Positions 1-5,433 of a stretch of DNA of 5,653 nucleotides are shown here, piece by piece; the first letter of the stretch is position 1, and the number at the start of each line of letters is the position of its first letter. Source of the stretch: a virus (Duplodnaviria > Heunggongvirae > Uroviricota > Caudoviricetes). The notes beneath the pieces are model-generated. The model was not told the origin of the DNA and did not search any database. It saw only the letters and a list, made by a program, of their open reading frames with translations. Position numbers and translations under genes: made by a program. The DNA is taken from IMG/VR virus record IMGVR_UViG_3300023290_000168, one strand, 5' to 3'.

Positions 1-712
1 CATCAATAAAGAAACAGTTCGGGTCAGACTGCGCTGCTTTACGTCCTTCCTCGACAGCAACACCATAATCTTGCTCGTATTCCACGACAGTAACGCCATG
101 ACTGCGCAGTTTCGCTTTTTTCCAGGCGCGGGCATCAGCAGACATATGCACCGTTACTTTAAAGCCGATGCGGGCGCTCATAATACCAATTGATAACCCC
201 AGATTTCCGGTTGATCCCACAGCAATACTGTATTGGCTAAAGAACTGTTTAAACTCCGGGGAAAGCAGTTTGCTGTAATCATCCTCAAGTGTCAGCAAAC
301 CCGCTTCCAGAGCCAGTTTTTCAGCATGGGCCAGGACTTCATAAATCCCGCCACGTGCTTTTATGGAGCCGGAAATCGGCAAATGGCTGTCTTTTTTTAG
401 TAGCAATTGCCCGGCGATCGGCTGGTGATATTCCTTTTCCAGCCGTTTTTGCATAGCAGGAATAGCAACCAGTTCTGATTCAATAATCCCCCCCGCGGCA
501 GCCGTTTCAGGAAATGCTTTTGCCAGATACGGCGCAAAACGAGACAGGCGCGCATGGGCGTCCTGAACATCCTGTTCGGTCAGGCCAACATAAGGTAAAC
601 CTTCAGCCAATGAGGTCGTGCCAGGATTAAACCAGGTGGTTTCTTTAAGAGCAACCAGATCCTCTACCAACGGATACTGGGCGATGAGCGAATTCATTTT
701 AGCGTTTTCCAT
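1..712 (-). CDS. dsdA: D-serine dehydratase (PLP-dependent), N-terminal ~237 codons; C-terminal part lies beyond the left edge of the window
   Basis: Not in the ORF track because it is edge-truncated. Reverse-complement translation from ATG at 712-710 reads [33 protein letters not shown]... and stays open to position 1. It includes the [13 protein letters not shown] stretch (around 360-400), which I take to be the PLP-lysine region. Its start lies 17 bp downstream of the dsdX stop, consistent with a dsdXA operon. Identity rests on my recollection of E. coli DsdA. Confidence 0.9.
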   Translation of the reverse strand, partial: MENAKMNSLIAQYPLVEDLVALKETTWFNPGTTSLAEGLPYVGLTEQDVQDAHARLSRFAPYLAKAFPETAAAGGIIESELVAIPAMQKRLEKEYHQPIAGQLLLKKDSHLPISGSIKARGGIYEVLAHAEKLALEAGLLTLEDDYSKLLSPEFKQFFSQYSIAVGSTGNLGLSIGIMSARIGFKVTVHMSADARAWKKAKLRSHGVTVVEYEQDYGVAVEEGRKAAQSDPNCFFID

Positions 713-729
713 AGTACGTCTCTTTGCGC

Positions 730-2067
730 TTAGATGATAAATGACAGCAGGAATGTGCCCGCCAGAGCGACGACTGAAGCGATAAATGTCGCTGTCGTAT
801 AGTATTTAAATGTTTCATTGAGCGTAGCACCGCAATATTGCTTCACCAGCCAGAAAAGCGAGTCCGTAACGATCGTGCAGCCAATCGCACCTGAACCGAT
901 GGCAATTGCAATAATTTCCGGGCTGATGTCGGGATACAGCGGCAGCATGGGTGCAACAATTGCCGTTGCCCCCATCATTGCCACCGTAGCGGAGCCCACT
1001 GCAGCATGCAGAATAAGTGCCACCAACCAGGCCAGAAGAATCGGGTGCATATGCATATTGGAGAGAATAACTGCCAGCGTATCAGCGAGACTGCTGCTTT
1101 TTAAAATGGCGTTGAATGCGCCTCCGGCCCCGATAATCAGCAAAATATTAGCAATAGAACCGAAACCATTTTCCGTATGTGTGAGCATCGTCCCCATGCT
1201 CATATGCTGACGTATACCCAACACATAATAGGCGACAAATACGGCGATAAACATGGCAGTGATAGGGTTGCCAATAAACTCAAGCAAGGTATACAAACCA
1301 CTCTCACGCGCCATATTCAATTCGGCAATCGTTTTAACCAACATCAGCGCAATGGGTAGCAGTATGGTGAATAACGTTGCGCCTAATGACGGTAGTGTTT
1401 TTTCATCGCGAACTTTGAGATCGGCAAACTCTGTGGGTACAGGTTTAAAGGGCAGTCGTTGCCCCAGAAATTTAAGGAAAAGTGGGCCACCGATCAGTGA
1501 TGCCATCAGCCCAACCAGCAAACCGTAGACGATCACCGAACCGATATCTGCGCCCAGCTTATTGGCAACATATAAAGCAGCCGGATGTGGGGGAACCACG
1601 CAGTGCACTGCCATCAATGCGGTACACAGCGGAATGGCCAGCTTTAACAATGAGGTATTGGTTTTTTTGGCAATTGAAAAAGCCAGAGGAATCAATAGCA
1701 CGACGCCCACTTCAACAAACAGCGTGATGCCGCAAATCAGGCCAACCAGCACCATAATGACATCAGCTGAAAGCCACCGGCAGCGTTGAAGTGTCAGACC
1801 AATTCTTTCTGCGGCCCCGGATACTTCCATCATTTTTCCCAGTATCGTGCCAAGGCCGATAACCGCAGCGAGGAACCCCAGCGTTCCGCCAATTCCACTT
1901 TCAATAGCATTTACCATATCCAGTGGCCCCATGCCCATCATCGTTCCCACGAAGAAGCTGGCCAGCAACAGCGCCAGAAACGGGTGGAATTTGAACTTCA
2001 CGATGGTCAGTACAATTAACACGATGCTGATAAGCAGCGTGCTCACAACCCAGATTTGAGAGTGCAT
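730..2067 (-). CDS. dsdX: D-serine transporter, GntP-family permease (445 aa)
   Basis: Track ORF of 445 aa, very hydrophobic multi-pass membrane protein ([35 protein letters not shown]...). ATG at 2067-2065 is preceded by a GAAGGTGAGAT purine-rich RBS; stop TAA at 732-730. The sequence matches E. coli DsdX as I recall it, and the position between dsdC and dsdA is the canonical arrangement. Confidence 0.92.
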   Translation of the reverse strand: MHSQIWVVSTLLISIVLIVLTIVKFKFHPFLALLLASFFVGTMMGMGPLDMVNAIESGIGGTLGFLAAVIGLGTILGKMMEVSGAAERIGLTLQRCRWLSADVIMVLVGLICGITLFVEVGVVLLIPLAFSIAKKTNTSLLKLAIPLCTALMAVHCVVPPHPAALYVANKLGADIGSVIVYGLLVGLMASLIGGPLFLKFLGQRLPFKPVPTEFADLKVRDEKTLPSLGATLFTILLPIALMLVKTIAELNMARESGLYTLLEFIGNPITAMFIAVFVAYYVLGIRQHMSMGTMLTHTENGFGSIANILLIIGAGGAFNAILKSSSLADTLAVILSNMHMHPILLAWLVALILHAAVGSATVAMMGATAIVAPMLPLYPDISPEIIAIAIGSGAIGCTIVTDSLFWLVKQYCGATLNETFKYYTTATFIASVVALAGTFLLSFII

Positions 2068-2284
2068 ATCTCACCTTCCCCTGTGATTAACCTGATGATA
2101 TTGGACAAAAAAACAACGCAGGCTGACAAACGATAAAATTTGCCTTTCACGTGAGCTAAATTGCATCAATGGAGTGATTTACATCTAAAAATGAAGGTGA
2201 ATTGAGATATGGTTCACTTTAGCTCACCTAGAAGCTGAAATTTTGCCGCTATTTTTTTACACTTAAGAGAAAAATGAGGTGATT
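2068..2284. promoter_or_regulatory. Divergent dsdX / dsdC control region (promoters and presumed DsdC binding sites)
   Basis: A 217-bp AT-rich spacer between divergently oriented start codons (dsdX ATG at 2067 on minus, dsdC ATG at 2285 on plus). It contains a perfect 10-bp inverted repeat, GTGAGCTAAA at 2151-2160 and TTTAGCTCAC at 2218-2227. LysR-type regulators typically bind dyad sites in such divergent regions. Exact -35/-10 elements are not confidently assignable by eye. Confidence 0.5.
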
Positions 2285-3220
2285 ATGGAACCCCTTCGTG
2301 AAATAAGAAATCGACTGCTTAACGGCTGGCAACTATCAAAACTGCATACTTTTGAAGTGGCTGCCAGGCATCAGTCCTTCGCCCTTGCGGCAGAGGAATT
2401 GTCGCTGAGCCCCAGTGCGGTAAGTCACCGTATCAATCAGCTGGAAGAAGAATTAGGTATTCAGTTGTTTGTTCGTTCCCATCGCAAAGTGGAATTAACG
2501 CACGAGGGGAAACGTGTTTATTGGGCGCTAAAATCGTCGCTGGATACCCTGAATCAGGAAATTCTGGATATCAAAAATCAGGAGTTATCGGGAACGTTAA
2601 CGTTGTATTCCCGGCCCTCTATCGCCCAATGCTGGTTGGTGCCCGCATTAGGTGACTTTACACGCCGATATCCGTCTATTTCGCTCACCGTGCTCACTGG
2701 TAATGACAATGTCAATTTGCAACGTGCCGGAATCGATTTGGCGATCTACTTTGATGATGCGCCGTCAGCGCAATTGGCTCATCACTTTCTGATGGATGAA
2801 GAAATCCTGCCAGTTTGCAGCCCGGAGTACGCTCATAGACATGATTTAACCAACACGGTAATTAACCTGCGTCACTGTACGTTGCTCCATGACAGACAGG
2901 CATGGAGCAACGACTCCGGTACGGATGAATGGCATAGTTGGGCGCAACATTATGCGGTTAATTTGCCGACATCTTCTGGAATTGGCTTTGATCGCTCTGA
3001 TTTAGCCGTTATCGCCGCGATGAATCATATTGGGGTGGCGATGGGAAGGAAACGTCTGGTACAAAAAAGGCTTGCCAGTGGTGAGCTCGTCGCGCCGTTT
3101 GGCGATATGACGGTGAAATGCCATCAGCATTATTACATCACTACATTACCGGGCAGGCAGTGGCCAAAAATTGAGGCATTTATTACTTGGTTAAGAGAAC
3201 AGGTAAAAACCACTTCATAA
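2285..3220 (+). CDS. dsdC: LysR-type transcriptional activator of D-serine utilisation genes (311 aa)
   Basis: Track ORF 2279..3220 begins at a GTG (MIMEPL...). I prefer the ATG at 2285 (MEPLREIRNRLLNGWQL...), which has AGGTG about 5 nt upstream and gives 311 aa. N-terminal LysR-family HTH (TFEVAARHQSFALAAEELSLSPSAVSHRINQLEEELG) followed by a co-inducer-binding domain. Divergent from dsdXA, as expected for DsdC. Confidence 0.9.
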   Translation: MEPLREIRNRLLNGWQLSKLHTFEVAARHQSFALAAEELSLSPSAVSHRINQLEEELGIQLFVRSHRKVELTHEGKRVYWALKSSLDTLNQEILDIKNQELSGTLTLYSRPSIAQCWLVPALGDFTRRYPSISLTVLTGNDNVNLQRAGIDLAIYFDDAPSAQLAHHFLMDEEILPVCSPEYAHRHDLTNTVINLRHCTLLHDRQAWSNDSGTDEWHSWAQHYAVNLPTSSGIGFDRSDLAVIAAMNHIGVAMGRKRLVQKRLASGELVAPFGDMTVKCHQHYYITTLPGRQWPKIEAFITWLREQVKTTS

Positions 3221-3319
3221 TGAATAAGACCACGAGTTCCTGGTGTGCCTTATTCGGCATTGCTAGTGCGAATTTAATAATTTACGGTTTTTACGTGGTT
3301 TTAGGGATAAACACAAGAA

Positions 3320-3334
3320 TGGTGTCCCCTGCAG
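3320..3334 (-). mobile_element. Prophage attR core: displaced 3'-terminal fragment of tRNA-Arg (argW), bacterial/prophage junction
   Basis: Minus strand of 3320-3334 reads CTGCAGGGGACACCA, which matches the acceptor 3' strand plus discriminator and CCA of E. coli argW as I recall it (...GGTTCGATTCCTGCAGGGGACACCA). Similarity stops at 3335. An excisionase gene lies immediately on the prophage side and dsdC on the chromosomal side, the known context of the KplE1/CPS-53 attR. No complete tRNA is present. Confidence 0.6.
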
Positions 3335-3407
3335 ACATCTACTTGAGGCGGCAGGGGATTGATTGGAATGGTGTTTTTTAGATGTGAGAAATATTTTACC
3401 CGCTATT

Positions 3408-3608
3408 TTACCCATTGGCGCGGCTTAAGAGCTTATTTTTGAATTCACAATGGTCACGATATAACCATCTTGCTCGCCCGTGGATAACTTTGGCTTTTGG
3501 CAGGTCGCCGGACTTAATCCGGTCATAGATGAAGGTTTTACCGAAGCCAGTATCGGCCATGATGAATTTCAAATCAACCAGTGAATCAGGTTGTAGTTCG
3601 TGTTGCAT
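3408..3608 (-). CDS. torI: Prophage excisionase / recombination directionality factor (winged-helix Xis family), also known as Tor response-regulator inhibitor (66 aa)
   Basis: Track ORF of 66 aa, MQHELQPDSLVDLKFIMADTGFGKTFIYDRIKSGDLPKAKVIHGRARWLYRDHCEFKNKLLSRANG, which I recognise as TorI of KplE1. Its size and its position as the first gene inside attR fit an Xis. ATG at 3608-3606, stop TAA at 3410-3408. Confidence 0.85.
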   Translation of the reverse strand: MQHELQPDSLVDLKFIMADTGFGKTFIYDRIKSGDLPKAKVIHGRARWLYRDHCEFKNKLLSRANG

Positions 3609-3627
3609 GAGTGCTATCTCCGAATAG

Positions 3628-3643
3628 GGAATCGAACCTGCAA
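3628..3643 (-). other. tRNA-Arg T-arm-like fragment (16 nt) within the prophage arm, upstream of torI
   Basis: Minus strand of 3628-3643 reads TTGCAGGTTCGATTCC, identical to the variable-loop/T-arm segment of argW as I recall it. The flanking bases do not complete a T-stem, so this is a fragment and not a tRNA gene. Confidence 0.4.
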
Positions 3644-3650
3644 ATCAGGC

Positions 3651-3673
3651 AATAAAAAACCGCCATCAGGCGG
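3651..3673 (-). terminator. Rho-independent terminator (minus strand) after the 55-codon ORF and upstream of torI
   Basis: Minus strand reads GCCGCC-tgat-GGCGGt followed by TTTTTTATT (stem 3660-3673 region, U-tract from 3651-3659). The TGA stop of the 55-codon ORF sits in the loop. Confidence 0.6.
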
Positions 3674-3833
3674 CTTGGTGTTCTTTCAGTTCTTCAATTC
3701 GAATATTAGTTACGTCTGCATGTGCTATCTGCGCCCACAGCATCCAGTGGTCATAGCAGTCGTTGATGTTCTCTGCTTCGATAACTCTGTTGAATGGCTC
3801 TCCATTCCATTCACCTGTGACTCGGAAGTGCAT
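3666..3833 (-). CDS. Hypothetical small protein (55 aa), prophage-encoded
   Basis: Not in the track (below its size cutoff). My own translation from ATG 3833-3831 gives MHFRVTGEWNGEPFNRVIEAENINDCYDHWMLWAQIAHADVTNIRIEELKEHQAA, ending at TGA 3668-3666. GGAG lies 7 nt upstream of the ATG (plus-strand CTCC at 3841-3844) and an intrinsic terminator follows directly. Caveat: two terminator-like hairpins sit immediately upstream and there is no obvious dedicated promoter. Confidence 0.4.
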   Translation of the reverse strand: MHFRVTGEWNGEPFNRVIEAENINDCYDHWMLWAQIAHADVTNIRIEELKEHQAA

Positions 3834-3841
3834 TTATCATC

Positions 3842-3868
3842 TCCATAAAACAAAACCCGCCGTAGCGA
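3842..3868 (-). terminator. Terminator-like hairpin 2 (minus strand): CTCGC-tacg-GCGGG followed by TTTTGTTTTAT
   Basis: Minus-strand stem at 3855-3868 (5 bp, one G-U pair, 4-nt loop) followed by a U-rich tract at 3842-3854, immediately upstream of the RBS of the 55-codon ORF. Confidence 0.45.
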
Positions 3869-3872
3869 GTTC

Positions 3873-3901
3873 AGATAAAAGAAATCCCCGCGAGTGCGAG
3901 G
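3873..3901 (-). terminator. Rho-independent terminator 1 (minus strand) ending the coupled cassette: CCTCGC-actc-GCGGGG followed by ATTTCTTTTATCT
   Basis: Minus-strand stem at 3886-3901 (6 bp, GC-rich, one G-U pair, 4-nt loop), beginning 4 nt after the stop of the ASCH-fold gene, then a U-rich tract at 3873-3885. Confidence 0.5.
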
Positions 3902-3905
3902 ATTA

Positions 3906-4190
3906 TCATTCATTGTCGATATTCACCTTTATAGCGAACACCTTTACCGGTTTATCGCCGAAGTGCGGATGTGTGATTGTCTTGATTTCATATCCGTCAT
4001 ACGGGACGTCAATTCTGCGGCTGGAATCGTCGCGCTTCGGATATCCCTTTGTGATAATCAGGCGGTCATACTCGCGGAACATAATTCGCTTATTCCAGTA
4101 GTCATTACACAGGCGATACTCTTCCGTTTTCTCTCCGCGAATCATGGCATCGAAGTATTCACCTTTAACGGCAAGTTGCAGGTTAGCCAC
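3906..4190 (-). CDS. ASCH-domain (PUA-like fold) protein, 94 aa, prophage-encoded
   Basis: Track ORF of 94 aa, MANLQLAVKGEYFDAMIRGEKTEEYRL..., with a G19-x-K21-x-x-E24-x-R26 match to the ASCH signature GxKxxExR. GTG start at 4190-4188 preceded by AAGGAGG with a 6-nt spacer; stop TGA at 3908-3906. The start overlaps the end of the upstream gene by 8 nt. Confidence 0.75.
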   Translation of the reverse strand: MANLQLAVKGEYFDAMIRGEKTEEYRLCNDYWNKRIMFREYDRLIITKGYPKRDDSSRRIDVPYDGYEIKTITHPHFGDKPVKVFAIKVNIDNE

Positions 4191-4467
4191 GACCTTCCTC
4201 CTTTGGCTTGTGAATTTGTATCGTCATGCCGCTTTGAGTGGTGACTACAACGACAGAACCAGGCTGAAGACTGTTAAGATTGAATGCTTCGTAAAACGAA
4301 GCCAAGGCCAGCGCTTTTTTATTCTTTCGGTTCCACCAACGCCATCCATTGCTACAGGCTACACTGACAATCCACTGTCCACTCCTGTAAGCCATATAAA
4401 ACCAGATGAGCAAAACCTGAATGAATGCTATCCAGTCAATAATCGTATATTTCGCGAAGGAGACCAT
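4183..4467 (-). CDS. Small single-pass membrane protein (94 aa), hypothetical, prophage-encoded
   Basis: Track ORF 4183..4470 begins at a TTG. I prefer the ATG at 4467-4465 (MVSFAKYTIIDWIAFIQVLLIWFYMAYRSGQW...), which has AGGAGG 7 nt upstream. One N-terminal hydrophobic helix (about residues 8-27) followed by a basic stretch (WRWWNRKNKK). The ATG overlaps the TGA of the upstream gene (TGATG). Confidence 0.6.
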   Translation of the reverse strand: MVSFAKYTIIDWIAFIQVLLIWFYMAYRSGQWIVSVACSNGWRWWNRKNKKALALASFYEAFNLNSLQPGSVVVVTTQSGMTIQIHKPKEEGRG

Positions 4468-5132
4468 CAATTAACCTCCTGCGGCGGTTCCGGTAGAGGC
4501 ATCCAGTACAAGGCGTTCCCTAACCACGATAAAGTGCCGTCGCTCAACTCCACGTATTCCCCTTGTACCTGTCCTGCCATATACTCGCCGTGCTTTGAAT
4601 AAATTAAAATCCAATCATCTTGAGCGGGCATTCGCTCACTACAGCTTATCCAACCATCCGGAGTTACCGGATAGTTGCCAGCCTCATACGCGACCCTTAT
4701 CCAGTGCATAAACATTTCAGTACTTACACATCCACAATCAACATCAATTTTGTCATGCTGCTGTTCCAGCCATTGCTCAAAAGTTAACTTGTAAGTTTGG
4801 CTTACAGGTTCGGCTTCCAGTTCTGCAATGCGCTTCTCTGCAGCTTCCAGCTCAACGCGCAGCTTCCCTACCGTTAGCGCAATTTCCTCGTTCTCCTGGT
4901 CGCGGCGTTTGATGTATTGCTGGTTTCTTTCCCGTTCATCCAGCAGCGCCAGCACGGTTTCTGGTCCGGTCAGAAATTTGAAGGCGTTGAGCGCATCAAT
5001 ATCCACACCGTAATCCTTAAGTTCCTGTTCACTTAACAAATCATCATCAACTGGCAACATTAACAGGCGTTCCATTGCCGGAATTGCACGTTCTGCCGCC
5101 TCACGCAGTGCCTGATAGTTAATTTTGGTCAT
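4467..5132 (-). CDS. Phage protein with N-terminal coiled-coil region and C-terminal DUF551-like domain (Ea22-like family), 221 aa
   Basis: Track ORF of 221 aa. N-terminus MTKINYQALREAAERA... and the coiled-coil-like VGKLRVELEAAEKRIAELEAE resemble Ea22-like prophage proteins. C-terminus WISCSERMPAQDDWILIY...LYWMPLPEPP matches the DUF551 pattern as I remember it. ATG at 5132-5130 with GGGGGA RBS; only 1 nt separates it from the stop of the upstream gene. Confidence 0.8.
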   Translation of the reverse strand: MTKINYQALREAAERAIPAMERLLMLPVDDDLLSEQELKDYGVDIDALNAFKFLTGPETVLALLDERERNQQYIKRRDQENEEIALTVGKLRVELEAAEKRIAELEAEPVSQTYKLTFEQWLEQQHDKIDVDCGCVSTEMFMHWIRVAYEAGNYPVTPDGWISCSERMPAQDDWILIYSKHGEYMAGQVQGEYVELSDGTLSWLGNALYWMPLPEPPQEVN

Positions 5133-5133
5133 A

Positions 5134-5433
5134 TCACATCCCCCTGAAGCCGTTGCATTTACGTAAAAAATCGCAGATATAGCCCTTCATTTTTTCGTGC
5201 CAATCTCGATCATTCCCATTGCACCAACCATCAGGTGGAGTCCAGTTTTCTATCAGAGCAGCCATTTTCTTTGCTTTCGCCGGAGTAGCTGTTGCGGTAT
5301 CGCAGTAATGACGAGTGTCAACCAACGTATCCATACCATCGATATCAAGTACGCAAAACCATGTGTGATTCGGCATTTCAACAGATGGTATTTGTTGCCC
5401 ACGTCGACGTTTATCAATAAGACATACAGTCAC
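5134..5433 (-). CDS. Hypothetical phage protein (99 aa), Cys-rich
   Basis: Track ORF of 99 aa, MTVCLIDKRRRGQQIPSVEMPNHTWFCVLDIDG... GTG start at 5433-5431 preceded by AAGGAGG with a 6-nt spacer. The start overlaps the stop of the upstream partial ORF (GTGA). Six cysteines. I recognise no domain. Confidence 0.65.
   Translation of the reverse strand: MTVCLIDKRRRGQQIPSVEMPNHTWFCVLDIDGMDTLVDTRHYCDTATATPAKAKKMAALIENWTPPDGWCNGNDRDWHEKMKGYICDFLRKCNGFRGM

Noticed and set aside
818-2059. Plus-strand track ORFs 818..1210, 1177..1359, 1253..1528, 1482..1727, 1562..1789, 1786..2019 and 1847..2059
   Set aside because: All lie antisense inside dsdX, have no RBS or recognisable protein character, and have low-complexity or Arg/Ser/Pro-rich translations typical of antisense frames of a membrane-protein gene.
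2173-2188. Possible CRP site AGTGAtttacaTCTAA in the dsd control region
   Set aside because: Only the left half resembles TGTGA; the right half matches TCACA at 3 of 5 positions. Too weak to call without a position weight matrix scan.
2279-2284. GTG at 2279 as the dsdC start (track call, MIMEPL...)
   Set aside because: The ATG at 2285 has better RBS spacing (AGGTG about 5 nt upstream) and yields the 311-aa length typical of DsdC. The GTG would place the RBS too close.
3221-3260. Hairpin AATAAG...CTTATT just after the dsdC stop as a dsdC terminator
   Set aside because: The stem is AT-rich with an asymmetric interior and is not followed by a U-tract. It is not convincing as an intrinsic terminator.
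3281-3303. Direct repeat TTACGGTTTT / TTACGTGGTTTT between dsdC and the att core as integrase arm-type sites
   Set aside because: It lies on the bacterial (B') side of the core, where arm-type sites are not expected. It is more likely simple AT-rich sequence.
3187-3381. Plus-strand 64-aa ORF; an internal ATG at 3220 would give a 53-aa peptide with a hydrophobic helix (WCALFGIASANLIIYGFYVVLGI), overlapping the dsdC stop and reading across the attR core
   Set aside because: The frame crosses the bacterial/prophage junction and the tRNA-derived core, so it is probably a chance chimeric frame created by integration. There is no convincing RBS. It cannot be excluded as a small membrane protein without translation data.
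3620-3650. A complete tRNA gene upstream of torI
   Set aside because: Only a 16-nt T-arm-like segment is present. The flanking sequence cannot form a T-stem, acceptor stem or anticodon arm.
3600-3848. Plus-strand 82-aa track ORF overlapping the torI start, the terminator and the 55-codon ORF
   Set aside because: It is antisense to better-supported features, with no RBS. The minus-strand reading explains the region.
3725-3913. Minus-strand 62-aa track ORF (MNDNPRTRGDFFYLNS...)
   Set aside because: It runs through both terminator hairpins and overlaps the 55-codon ORF in another frame. It has no RBS and an implausible composition.
4468-4470. TTG at 4470 as start of the small membrane protein (track call, MMVSF...)
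   Set aside because: The adjacent ATG at 4467-4465 has AGGAGG at 7-nt spacing and overlaps the upstream stop in the usual coupled arrangement.
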